Shown: positions 9,046 to 18,438 of the stretch, piece by piece
How positions within the stretch are numbered: the stretch's first letter is position 1
How the letters are laid out: each line of letters starts with the position of its first letter
NCBI GenBank assembly: GCA_044376115.1
Contig: JBILLK010000020.1
Location: 128,001-192,000, forward strand
Length of the DNA: 64,000 bases
Reading direction: 5' to 3'
Source: Polyangiaceae bacterium
Lineage (GTDB): Bacteria; Myxococcota_A; Polyangia; Polyangiales; Polyangiaceae
Made by a program: the position numbers and the translations under genes
The notes under the pieces: generated by a model
Told to the model about the DNA's origin: nothing
Database searches by the model: none
What the model saw: the letters and a program-made list of their open reading frames with translations, nothing else

Positions 9046-10689
9046 ATGCTGAGCGCCCCGTGGCTTCACCTTCGGTTCGCCTCCTCGAGCAGGCAGGCGT
9101 TTGCCACCGCTGCCTGGCTTGTGTTTCTGGGGTGCGGCAGCCAACAACAAGGAGCTGGAGCTGCGCGCGAGTCGACGCAGGCCGAGAAAGCGAGCCCAGC
9201 GCCAGTTGTTCCGGTTACCAGCGCGACGTCCAACGCGAGCGCGATTGCCGCCGAAAGCGAAATTCACGCGCCAGCCCCAACTGGACCGGAGAGCACAACG
9301 CAGGAAGAACAAGAGGTGGGGCCCAAAGTTTTCAGCGTCGGGCAAACGACCTGGATCCGAAAGAAGCCGGAGATCAAAGAAGGCGCCTTCTTGGGCTACG
9401 TCCGCACCGGCTATCAGGTGCCGCTGCGGGCGAGTGAGCGGGTCAAAGGAGAGGGCTGCCCCGGCGGCTACTACCAGGTGAAGCCACGTGGCTACGTCTG
9501 CGCCGACCGCACCGTGACAGAGTCTCCTCGGGAAGGGTTTCTCGCTGCAGCCCTAGCAACGCGCCCGAGCGATGGGCCTTTTCCCTTCAGCTACGGCTTG
9601 TCCAACGGCACCCCGATGTACAACCGCATCCCCGTCGCTCGAGAACAAGAGCGCTACGAACGCTGGCTCGGCAAGCCAGGCAAATTCGACAAGTTGCCCA
9701 AGACACTGCGCAGCCATGAAGAGCTCGCGGAAGATCGCGTGATGGATGCGCCCGACCCGGTGCCGGCGTTCTTGCTCGAGGGTGGCTCGCCGAAAGAGGC
9801 GCCTTATGACCTGGTCGAGCAGACCATCCCCTTGGGCGCAATGCTCTCCTACACCAAGGTGTTCGAGAGTCAGGGCCGCCCGTTCGTCCTTTCCACTGAT
9901 CACACGATCGTGCCGGCAGACCGCGTACGCCCCTTCCGACCGAGCAGCTTCAAAGGCACGGACCTCGCCCCAGGCGCCGTGGAGCTGCCCATCGCGTGGA
10001 TGCGCGTGTCAGCAAAGAAGAAGTTCTTCCAACGCAATGACACATTCGAGGAAGCCGGTGAAGAGTGGGCCGTGCGGACGTTCGTTGGTTTGACGGGCCG
10101 CGAGATCAACGTTGGCAAGACGAGTTACCTGGAGACGCGCGAGGAGAAGGCTGGAGCGCCGCTATTCATCCGCAAGGAGGATGCAACGGTGGTGGCTGCC
10201 GAGACGAAACGCGCAAACGGAGTCAAAGAGGGCCAGAAGTGGTTCATGATTCGGCTCAGCGCCGGCACCCTCGTGGCCTACGAGGACCTCGTGCCCACCT
10301 ACGCAACCCTCGTTTCGCCGGGAAAGGGCGGTGTCCCGAGCAAGGGGAACGACAACGTCGAACACTCCACGACCCCGCTCGGTGCCTACAGCGTCACGTT
10401 CAAGGATCGCTTCGCGACGATGTCCCCGGAGACGGGTAAAAATCGCTCCTTCTGGATCCAAGACGTGCCGCACACCATGTACTTCGACCCGCCGTTTGCC
10501 ATGCACGCAGCCTTCTGGCACGAGCGCTTTGGCGAGTTCGTGAGCGCAGGCTGCATCAACCTATCGCCGCTCGATGCCGAACGGCTGTTTGACTGGGCCG
10601 ACCCAGCGTTGCCGAAGGACTGGCAGGGCGTAACGGGAGCAGGAGCAAGCGAGAACGGCGCTACGACCATCGTGGTCGTGCGCCGCTAA
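9046..10689 (+). CDS. L,D-transpeptidase family lipoprotein
   Basis: Lipobox-like FLGC; C-terminal YkuD domain with TPLGAY and AMHAAFWH...SAGCINL. Confidence 0.85.
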   Translation: MLSAPWLHLRFASSSRQAFATAAWLVFLGCGSQQQGAGAARESTQAEKASPAPVVPVTSATSNASAIAAESEIHAPAPTGPESTTQEEQEVGPKVFSVGQTTWIRKKPEIKEGAFLGYVRTGYQVPLRASERVKGEGCPGGYYQVKPRGYVCADRTVTESPREGFLAAALATRPSDGPFPFSYGLSNGTPMYNRIPVAREQERYERWLGKPGKFDKLPKTLRSHEELAEDRVMDAPDPVPAFLLEGGSPKEAPYDLVEQTIPLGAMLSYTKVFESQGRPFVLSTDHTIVPADRVRPFRPSSFKGTDLAPGAVELPIAWMRVSAKKKFFQRNDTFEEAGEEWAVRTFVGLTGREINVGKTSYLETREEKAGAPLFIRKEDATVVAAETKRANGVKEGQKWFMIRLSAGTLVAYEDLVPTYATLVSPGKGGVPSKGNDNVEHSTTPLGAYSVTFKDRFATMSPETGKNRSFWIQDVPHTMYFDPPFAMHAAFWHERFGEFVSAGCINLSPLDAERLFDWADPALPKDWQGVTGAGASENGATTIVVVRR

Positions 10690-10706
10690 CGGGCTCGCCT
10701 GCGCCG

Positions 10707-12389
10707 CTACATTCGCGCTTCGACCAGCGCGAGGATCTCGCGCTCTCGCTCGCTCGCACGCGTCGCGAGCGAACGAGCCTCGGCCACCAAGCCTGCAGCA
10801 AGCTCCTTGTCGTCGAGCCCAGCGCAGTTGATGCGCACGTTGAGTTCAGCGCCTAGGACGGCCGTTCGAGCGCACAACGCACCAACACCTGCGTCGGAAA
10901 CCGATGCCGGATTCCCGAGCTCGGCCATCTTTGCAATGCCCTCCATCGAGGCCAGCGCGACCTTCATGACCTCGAGCGGCACCTCTGCGGCGCGCACGGT
11001 CGCCCGCTGCATCGCTTGCCGCCGTGCGGCCTTCTCCGCGTCGGTCGACTTGGGCAACGACATCGCGTCCATCACCTGGTTGAAAGCCGCCGTGTCCTCA
11101 TCCACCAGCGCGAGCAGCCGATCGTAGGCCAGCTTCCCCTGCTCGGCGTAGTCGCTGAACTCCTCCCAACGCGCGTCCCAACCACGCTTGTGGGAAGAGA
11201 GATTCGCCACCATGGTGCTCAAGGCAGCGCCAAACGCTCCCACCGTGGCGGCGATCGAACCGCCGCCCGGGGCTGGTGATTCGCTCGCGGTTTCCTCGGT
11301 GAATGCGCGCACGCTCTTTTGCACGAGCAACGCCGCTGACTCGCCGAGCTTCTTGGCGATCGCAAACTCGATGATCTTCTCTTCCGGCTTGAACGGGTAA
11401 AGATCCCCCAGACCGAGCGACTTCACCGCGATCTTGATCAGCTCGTCATCCGAAACGCCAAGCGACCGCTGCTGCTTCTTCAAGAAGTACCGGCCGGCAT
11501 CCAACAGCGCGCGCAAAGGCAGGAGCCCCACCAGCTCGCTGCCGGTCACGCGAACGCCGCGCGCTTCGGCCTTCTTGCAAACTTCATCGAACACGACATG
11601 GAGCGGCGTGACCGAGATGTCCGTGAGGTTGAGCGATACCTGCGCGACGCCGTACTCTTCGATGAACCAGCCGATGCCCTTGACCGCCTTCAGCGAGCCG
11701 GGCACCCAAATCGGTTGCCCCTGCTCGTCGCGGACGGGCTTCATCGTGTTCGGATCGAGCTTTTCACGCCCCTTCTCGCGAACGTCGAAGGCGATCGCGT
11801 TGGCGCGTCGGCTGGAGGTCGTGTTGAGGTTGACGTTGTAGGCAACGAGGAAGTCTCTAGCGCCAACCGCCGTCGCTCCGGTCTTGGATTGGAACGTCTT
11901 CGGTCCAAAATCCGGCGCATCGCCCTTGGCCAGGCGGGCCTCCAACGCCTCGTATTCTCCGGCGCGAACTTCAGCGAGATTCCTGCGCGAGGCCGAGAGC
12001 GCCGCTTGCTCGTAGCAATAGATCGAAAGGTTGAGTTCCTCGCCCATTCGCTTGCCGAGCTCGCGAGCCAACTCAACCACGCGTTCCATCGAAATGCCGC
12101 GCACTGGAACCAGCGGGCACACGTCGAGCGCGCCGAAGCGCGGGTGCTCACCCTTGTGCAAGCGCAAATCGATGAGTTCCGCGCTCTTCTTGGCTCCTTG
12201 GAAGGCGGCCTCACATACGGCGGCCGGAGGTCCAACCAAGGTCACCACCGTGCGGTTCGTCGCCTTTCCAGGGTCAACGTCCAGGAGGACCACGTCTTTG
12301 ACCTTGGTCATCGCCTCGACGATGGCCTGAATAACCGACGGATTCCGACCTTCACTGAAGTTCGGCACGCATTCGAGCAGTTCACCCAT
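10707..12389 (-). CDS. ftcD: Bifunctional glutamate formimidoyltransferase / formimidoyl-THF cyclodeaminase
   Basis: ECVPNFSEGR, GEHPRFGALDVCP, GSELVGL, followed by cyclodeaminase SPAPGGGS and NPASVSDAGVG. Confidence 0.93.
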   Translation of the reverse strand: MGELLECVPNFSEGRNPSVIQAIVEAMTKVKDVVLLDVDPGKATNRTVVTLVGPPAAVCEAAFQGAKKSAELIDLRLHKGEHPRFGALDVCPLVPVRGISMERVVELARELGKRMGEELNLSIYCYEQAALSASRRNLAEVRAGEYEALEARLAKGDAPDFGPKTFQSKTGATAVGARDFLVAYNVNLNTTSSRRANAIAFDVREKGREKLDPNTMKPVRDEQGQPIWVPGSLKAVKGIGWFIEEYGVAQVSLNLTDISVTPLHVVFDEVCKKAEARGVRVTGSELVGLLPLRALLDAGRYFLKKQQRSLGVSDDELIKIAVKSLGLGDLYPFKPEEKIIEFAIAKKLGESAALLVQKSVRAFTEETASESPAPGGGSIAATVGAFGAALSTMVANLSSHKRGWDARWEEFSDYAEQGKLAYDRLLALVDEDTAAFNQVMDAMSLPKSTDAEKAARRQAMQRATVRAAEVPLEVMKVALASMEGIAKMAELGNPASVSDAGVGALCARTAVLGAELNVRINCAGLDDKELAAGLVAEARSLATRASEREREILALVEARM

Positions 12390-12408
12390 GCGGCCGGTTT
12401 TACCACGG

Positions 12409-14442
12409 TCAGCGGCGTCGACGGGTGTTCTGCAAGCGAGTGCGCAGCGCGATCAAATCATCCGCCAGTTCGCGGCAGGATTGGATCCGTCGACCGGGTT
12501 CCTTCTCCAAGAGCTGAAGGATCATGAATTCGAGCTCGTCGGGAATGCTCGGGTTGAGACTGCTAGGCGGAGTTGGCGTGTCCCGCAGCTGCTTCATCAG
12601 CACCGCCATCGCCGACTCATGCTGAAACGGCAGCTCCCCAGTGAACATTCGGTAGGCGATGATCCCGACCGAGTAGAGATCCGAAAGATGGCTCGCTGAA
12701 TGAAAGTCATTCACTTGCTCCGGGGCCATGTAAGCAGGCGTTCCAGCGCTGTAGCCCGCTTGCGTGAGGTTGGCGCCGGCCCCTTGCTTCGCGATGCCGA
12801 AGTCCATCACTTTGACCTGGCCGGCGCTGGTAACGAATAAATTTTCCGGCTTGAGATCGCGGTGAACCACGCCTCGCTCGTGAGCAAACTGCAAGCCCTC
12901 GAGCGCCTGCACCAAGTAGCCCAAGTCGCGCATCAGGTCCGAACCTTGATTCAAGACCTCGCTCAGGTCGGCGCCGGCAAGGAGCTCCATCGTGATGAAG
13001 CTGGCGTGCCCGTGCGAGCCCATGTCGTAGAGACGAACGATGTTCGGATGGTTGAGCTTGCGTGCTACGGCGAGCTCCTGCTTGAACCTTCCGAGTTGGG
13101 TGGCATCTTGGCCGGTGGGAGCAAAGACCTTGATGGCGATATCTTCATCGAGCTCGAGGTCGCGAGCTTGGTAGACGCCAGCCATGCCGCCGCGTCCGAC
13201 GCGCATCTCGACCCGGTATCGGCCGGCGATCACAAAACCCGCTGGCACATCGAAGACGTTGAAGATGCCTTTGGGCTCGCGGGTTTGAGGCTTTGCCGGC
13301 TGTCTCGACTCTTCAGCCGTGTCTGCCTCGCGTTCCGACTTTGCCTGGACCAGAGGTGCCTCGGCGGCCGGCGCTGAGCGCACCGACGGGGGAGACTGGG
13401 TTGGCGGAGCGTCCTGACGCGAAGGCCGATTGGGACGCGCCGGGATCGGCGGCAGCTCGGGCAAGGAGGGAAAGCTCTCAGAGCCGGCCGTGGTCTGCTG
13501 CGGTTCGCGCCCAACCCGCCGAAAACCTGCGTCCTCTCGAACCACCCGCTCCATCTCGCGAACGTCCCCGCGAATGAGCCGATCCAAGCGCGCGAGCCTC
13601 GACTTCACCTCAGGGTGGTTGGGGAACATGGTGGCAACGCGCGCTACGGCCTCGCGAGCGTTCTCAACGAACCCCGTTCGTTCGAACAGCGCCGAAACGC
13701 GTAGCAGCGGTTCAACATCGGCGTTGGAGGCGATGGGGTCACGAAGGAACCGACCCAGAAATTGGTCCAGATCGAAATCGACGATCTCCTCATGGTCCGC
13801 CAAGTCGATCGCGCGGTGGCACGCGGCGCGGTAACTCGGGTGATCTGGCGAGTAGCGAAAGAGCGCTCGCATCGCCTCCTCCGCTTGGCCGGCCGAGCGG
13901 AGACAGCGGGAGGCGGCAAGGTGGTCCCCAAGACCGGTGAAGAGGCGTGCCGCCTCGACGTGGCGGCCTGCAGCTTCCGCCTTTGCAGCGAGCTCGCGGC
14001 TACTATTGTTCACCGCATCCGCCAGAGGCGGACGCGAGCTGCGCGGGAGGTCGGGCGGAGCGGGTAGGCTGCTGCGCCGCCCGATTGACGCCGGTGGTGG
14101 GGATGAGCGGTCCGGCACGCTAACTCGCGCACGGCGAACCAGGTCTTCCCGCGCACCATCGTGGCCGAGCCGTGCGTGGATCTCTGCGGCTTCTTCGAGG
14201 CGATTGGCCGACTCGAGCAGCTTCGCGGCGAGGGGCAACGCCGACTCGGGTAGGCGACTGACTTCGACCCGCCCACGACCGCAAAGCACCATCAGCGCGT
14301 CATCAACTCGCCCCGCGTCTGCCAGCGTCGTGGCCGCGTCCTCAATCAACCCGCCTTCGAAGAGCAAGCGCGCGGCCGCTTCAATCCGACCTTCGCGAAC
14401 GAGGGCCTTGGCCCTCTGTCGGAACGTCTCCGGGGTGGACAC
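12409..14442 (-). CDS. Ser/Thr kinase with N-terminal TPR-like helical repeats and C-terminal kinase domain
   Basis: VGRGGMAGVY, HRDLKPEN, DFG, GTPAYMAPE; N-terminal repeats of EAAxL/AAEI type; no TM. Confidence 0.9.
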   Translation of the reverse strand: MSTPETFRQRAKALVREGRIEAAARLLFEGGLIEDAATTLADAGRVDDALMVLCGRGRVEVSRLPESALPLAAKLLESANRLEEAAEIHARLGHDGAREDLVRRARVSVPDRSSPPPASIGRRSSLPAPPDLPRSSRPPLADAVNNSSRELAAKAEAAGRHVEAARLFTGLGDHLAASRCLRSAGQAEEAMRALFRYSPDHPSYRAACHRAIDLADHEEIVDFDLDQFLGRFLRDPIASNADVEPLLRVSALFERTGFVENAREAVARVATMFPNHPEVKSRLARLDRLIRGDVREMERVVREDAGFRRVGREPQQTTAGSESFPSLPELPPIPARPNRPSRQDAPPTQSPPSVRSAPAAEAPLVQAKSEREADTAEESRQPAKPQTREPKGIFNVFDVPAGFVIAGRYRVEMRVGRGGMAGVYQARDLELDEDIAIKVFAPTGQDATQLGRFKQELAVARKLNHPNIVRLYDMGSHGHASFITMELLAGADLSEVLNQGSDLMRDLGYLVQALEGLQFAHERGVVHRDLKPENLFVTSAGQVKVMDFGIAKQGAGANLTQAGYSAGTPAYMAPEQVNDFHSASHLSDLYSVGIIAYRMFTGELPFQHESAMAVLMKQLRDTPTPPSSLNPSIPDELEFMILQLLEKEPGRRIQSCRELADDLIALRTRLQNTRRRR

Positions 14443-14490
14443 CCCTGCCCTTTACCACCTCTCGGCCGCGGGGTGGCCGAAATCCGGGGA

Positions 14491-15570
14491 TTACCCGTCC
14501 TCGACAGCCTGCGCTGCACGCCGGCAAAGCGCCGGATCCGGCGCCACTTTGAGAGCCTCGTCGAGGTCGATCAGCCCCTGCTGAAGAAAGCGGCCCAACA
14601 CTGTATCGAGTGACTGGTTGCCCGAACCATCCCCTTCGGTCGACTTGATCAGCTGGTCGACGAGGTGCAGCTTGCCCTCTCGGATCAGATGCGAAAGCGC
14701 AAAGGACGGCAGCAGCACCTCGACCGCCGCCACGCGACCTTCGCCGTCGGTGCGACGTAGGAGCTGCTGCGCGACGATACCCCGCAACAACATCGAGAGC
14801 GCCGAGCGCAATTGGGACTGCGCGTCTTCAGCCACGATATCGAGCAGCCGATCGATGCACTTGGCAGCCGAGTTGGTGTGCAGCGTGCCAAACACAAGCA
14901 CGCCGGTCTCCGCAGCAGAGAGCGCCAACATCACCGTTTCCACGTCGCGCAGCTCACCCACCACGAGCACATCGGGAGATTCACGCAGAGCGGCTCGCAG
15001 CGCTGCGGCGAAGCTCTCGGTGTGACTACCCACCTCGCGCTGCGTGATCAGACTCTTCTGTGTGCGGTGCACGTACTCGATCGGATCCTCGATGGTGAGG
15101 ATGTGACAGCTGCGCGTACGGTTGATCTCGTTGATGATGGCAGCGAGGGTGGTGGTCTTCCCGCTGCCGGTGGGCCCGCTGATCAAGACGAGACCGTCTT
15201 TCAAGGTGGCTAGACGTTGCACCGCCCGCGGCAGCGCCAAGTCTGCGACCGTTGGCACACGGTTGGGTACCACTCGAAACACGGCGCCCATTCCCGCAGA
15301 TTGAACGAAGGCGTTCACGCGGAACCTTCCGACGTCTGGTATCGAATGGGCAAAGTCGAGCTCTTGCGTCGCCTCGAACTGCTCTCGCTGGGAGGGCGAC
15401 ATGATCTCGTAGAGAAACTTCTTGGTCTCCTCGGCCGAGAGCAAACGAAACGGCAGCTGAACGAGCTCGCCATCCATGCGGATCTTCGGCACCGAGCCGG
15501 AGTGAAAATGCAGGTCACTCGCCTTTTGGTCGGCAACGAGCCGCAGAAAGGAGTAGATGCGCGGCGCCAT
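14491..15570 (-). CDS. pilT: PilT/PilU-family type IV pilus retraction-type ATPase paralogue
   Basis: ASDLHF, Walker A GPTGSGKTT, TIEDPIE, PDVLVVGELRD, GTLHTNSA, ALSHLIREGK. Confidence 0.9.
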   Translation of the reverse strand: MAPRIYSFLRLVADQKASDLHFHSGSVPKIRMDGELVQLPFRLLSAEETKKFLYEIMSPSQREQFEATQELDFAHSIPDVGRFRVNAFVQSAGMGAVFRVVPNRVPTVADLALPRAVQRLATLKDGLVLISGPTGSGKTTTLAAIINEINRTRSCHILTIEDPIEYVHRTQKSLITQREVGSHTESFAAALRAALRESPDVLVVGELRDVETVMLALSAAETGVLVFGTLHTNSAAKCIDRLLDIVAEDAQSQLRSALSMLLRGIVAQQLLRRTDGEGRVAAVEVLLPSFALSHLIREGKLHLVDQLIKSTEGDGSGNQSLDTVLGRFLQQGLIDLDEALKVAPDPALCRRAAQAVEDG

Positions 15571-18377
15571 CAGGCTCTTCGCCCCAAGGCACTTGCGTCA
15601 CTGCGCGATGGCCGATCACGCACCTCCGCCTCATCCGGCGCGCTCGAGGGAAGGCCCAACGCCGCCTCGAAGCTGCGCTTGTCGATCACGCGCGCATAAG
15701 CCTCCTCGAGCACAATGGCTTTCTCGCGAGCCAGCCGCGTGAGTTCCGCGTCCATCAGCTGCATGCCCTGATCGCGGGAGGTGGCGATGATGGTTGGAAT
15801 TTGGAAGCTCTTCCCTTTGCGAATCAGCGATTGGATCGCGTCATTGCCGATCATCACCTCCACCACCGGCAGACGCGAGCCCTGCGGTGTGGGCAACAGA
15901 TGTTGGCAAGTCACAGCCCGCAACGACTCCGCCAACATGTTGCGCACCTGGGCTTGCGACTTCGTCGGGAAGGCGTGAATCAAACGGTCGACGGTGGCAT
16001 CGGCGGAGGTCGTGTGCACCGTTCCGAAGACGAGGTGCCCCGTTTCCGCTGCCGTGACGGCGAAGGAAATGGTGTCGAGATCGCGGAGTTCACCGACCAG
16101 AATTACGTCTGGGTCCTGGCGCAACGCGGACTTCAAGGCGCCGCGGAACGTCTGCGTGTGCGCACCGACCTCGCGTTGCGTGAGCATGCTCATCCGATGC
16201 TTGTGCACCACCTCGATCGGGTCCTCGATGGTCACGATATGGCGCGCCTGACTTCGGTTGATATGGTCGACGAGCGCCGCGAGCGTCGTGGACTTGCCGG
16301 CGCCGGTCGGGCCTCCGACGAGCACAAGGCCATGAGGGAACTCGGCAAACGTGCGGATCACCTCGGGGACCTGAAGCTCAGCCAAGGTGCGGATGTCATT
16401 TTTGACGATCCGGAACACCGCGCCCAAGCCGCTCAGTTGACGGAACACATTCACGCGAAAGCGCAGGCCTCGGGAGGCCAAATCATAGGAAAGGTCGACC
16501 TCCTGCCCAGCGTCGAAGTCCTTGCGATGGGAGCGCGAAAAGTGGGGCACCACCAACTCACGGATCTGCTCTTCGGAGAGCGTCGAGCTGCCGAGCGCGG
16601 AGATCCGACCTTTGCACTTGATGAACGGCACTTGCCCCGCGAGCAGGAACACGTCGTCGGCTTCCTCGCGGACTGCGTGCGCCAACAGGCCGTCGAGCGA
16701 GCGCACCGAAGCGACCTCATTGACCTGCTTCTGCATACGAAACCGACCGAGGAGCCGGCCCGCCGCCTCACGTACGGTTGCGGACGGGTCCTCTTCACAG
16801 CCCTTGGCCCACAACGCGAACGAGCCATCATCGAGCTCTTCGAGCATGTTGATGGCGGCCACACGAATGTCCGGATCGACGTCCTGCGTCAGCTCGGCCA
16901 CTTCGGGCAGCGCCTCGGTTGCACGCAAGGCCCGCAACGCCGCAATGCACGCGACGCGAATCTCGGGACGCCGCGCCAAGAGATCGACGAGATAGGCGGT
17001 GGCGCGCTCGTCGCCCAAGCGACCGATGGCCTCTACGGCGAGTTCGGCCACGAACCAATCCTCATCGCTTTGCGCGACTCGTACCAACGCCCCGAGCGCC
17101 CGCCGATCCTCGATTCGAAGCAACGCAGAGACCGCGAAACGCCGCACCACGCCGGACGGATCCGAGAGGTAGTCCTTGATGATGTACTTGGTGATCGCTT
17201 GGGTATCGAGCTCCACCAAGGCATCGAGCACGCGCTCGCGTACCCACCAGTCTTCATCTCGCAGGTACTTCAGCAGCTTGGGCGCGAGCGTACCTTCACG
17301 GTCTTCGACCTTGTTGGCGATCTCAGCGGCCAGCCGTCGCACGTTGACCTGACTCGAGCGCAATAGCCAAACGATGGCGCGCGCTGCATCGATGCTTCCG
17401 CTCTTCGACAGCTGCACGACGGCATGTCCTGCGCGCGTTCGAATCGACACGTCGCGATGCGAGAGCGCTTCGATCAAGGTCGGGTAAAGCGCCTCGGAGC
17501 CGGCCGTCTCGATGGCCTCGATGATCACCAGACGAATGGACTTTGGGCCTTGACGAAAACGGTCACGAAAGAGGGCTGACGCTGCATCCCCAGGCTGTTT
17601 TGCGCCGTACGTGAGAAACGCGCGAATGACCTCGAGGCCTCGCCCCTCGAGCGCTGGCTCGACGCGATTCCAGAAGTCCGGGTCCTCCAGCTGCCCGAGC
17701 GCCGTCACCGCCTGAGCAACCACCAAATCATCTCGGTCCGCCAGGGCCAGCTGAATCGCGCTGAGTGCGTCCTCGAGCTGACGCGCAAAGCGTGTGCGGT
17801 CGCCCAAGATGCGCAGCACGATGATCTTTTCCTGGGCCTTTCCGACCTGCAGCACCGCGCGCAAAAGCGGCAACGAATGTTGCGCTGCGCGACCAATGAA
17901 GGCGGCAACCGCTTCGGAGCGGCCGAGGAAGGCTGGATCCAGCGACTTGCGCGTGGCTAGCTCGAGGGCCGTCGGACCACCGACTTGCTTCAGGGTCTCG
18001 ACGGCGGCGGAGCGCACCGTAGCGTCGGAGTGACCAAGGAGCTCCACCAGCTCGTTGTGGGCGGCGATGTTGTTGACCTGCGGCAAGAGCGCGATCAGCG
18101 TGGTTCGCAGCGGGCCATCGGCCGTCTTCAGCGCGCGCACGAACGGAACGAAAAGATCGGGCGAAGGGGCACGCGCCGTAGCCTCCGCCAGGAGCTCGCA
18201 GCGCATCGCGTGATCGATCGCGCTCGAGCGTGCTTGCAGCTCGACCACGGCATTCAAGATCTTGGTCACATCGCTGGTTTGGAGGGCCCCGAGCTTGCCG
18301 AGAAACGCCTTAACGTCTGCAGTGGAGCCGAGTGCTTGGCTCTTCAGTTGCCGCGTTAAGTCGTTCCACTGAAACAC
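15570..18377 (-). CDS. HEAT-repeat domain fused to PilT-family ATPase
   Basis: About 550 aa of HEAT repeats (D..VR..A..AL; DWWVRERVLDAL), then GPTGAGKST, TIEDPIE, RQDPDVILVGELRD, GHLVFGTVHT. Confidence 0.9.
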   Translation of the reverse strand: MFQWNDLTRQLKSQALGSTADVKAFLGKLGALQTSDVTKILNAVVELQARSSAIDHAMRCELLAEATARAPSPDLFVPFVRALKTADGPLRTTLIALLPQVNNIAAHNELVELLGHSDATVRSAAVETLKQVGGPTALELATRKSLDPAFLGRSEAVAAFIGRAAQHSLPLLRAVLQVGKAQEKIIVLRILGDRTRFARQLEDALSAIQLALADRDDLVVAQAVTALGQLEDPDFWNRVEPALEGRGLEVIRAFLTYGAKQPGDAASALFRDRFRQGPKSIRLVIIEAIETAGSEALYPTLIEALSHRDVSIRTRAGHAVVQLSKSGSIDAARAIVWLLRSSQVNVRRLAAEIANKVEDREGTLAPKLLKYLRDEDWWVRERVLDALVELDTQAITKYIIKDYLSDPSGVVRRFAVSALLRIEDRRALGALVRVAQSDEDWFVAELAVEAIGRLGDERATAYLVDLLARRPEIRVACIAALRALRATEALPEVAELTQDVDPDIRVAAINMLEELDDGSFALWAKGCEEDPSATVREAAGRLLGRFRMQKQVNEVASVRSLDGLLAHAVREEADDVFLLAGQVPFIKCKGRISALGSSTLSEEQIRELVVPHFSRSHRKDFDAGQEVDLSYDLASRGLRFRVNVFRQLSGLGAVFRIVKNDIRTLAELQVPEVIRTFAEFPHGLVLVGGPTGAGKSTTLAALVDHINRSQARHIVTIEDPIEVVHKHRMSMLTQREVGAHTQTFRGALKSALRQDPDVILVGELRDLDTISFAVTAAETGHLVFGTVHTTSADATVDRLIHAFPTKSQAQVRNMLAESLRAVTCQHLLPTPQGSRLPVVEVMIGNDAIQSLIRKGKSFQIPTIIATSRDQGMQLMDAELTRLAREKAIVLEEAYARVIDKRSFEAALGLPSSAPDEAEVRDRPSRSDASALGRRA

Positions 18378-18438
18378 GCCTCAGTCATACAAGATTCGGG
18401 CTTTGGGTTGTTGCAGCAACCGCTCCAGGCGGCACGCC

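Noticed and set aside
15801..17366. 521-aa plus-strand ORF opposite HEAT-PilT
   Set aside because: Antisense shadow of a high-GC gene; no motifs
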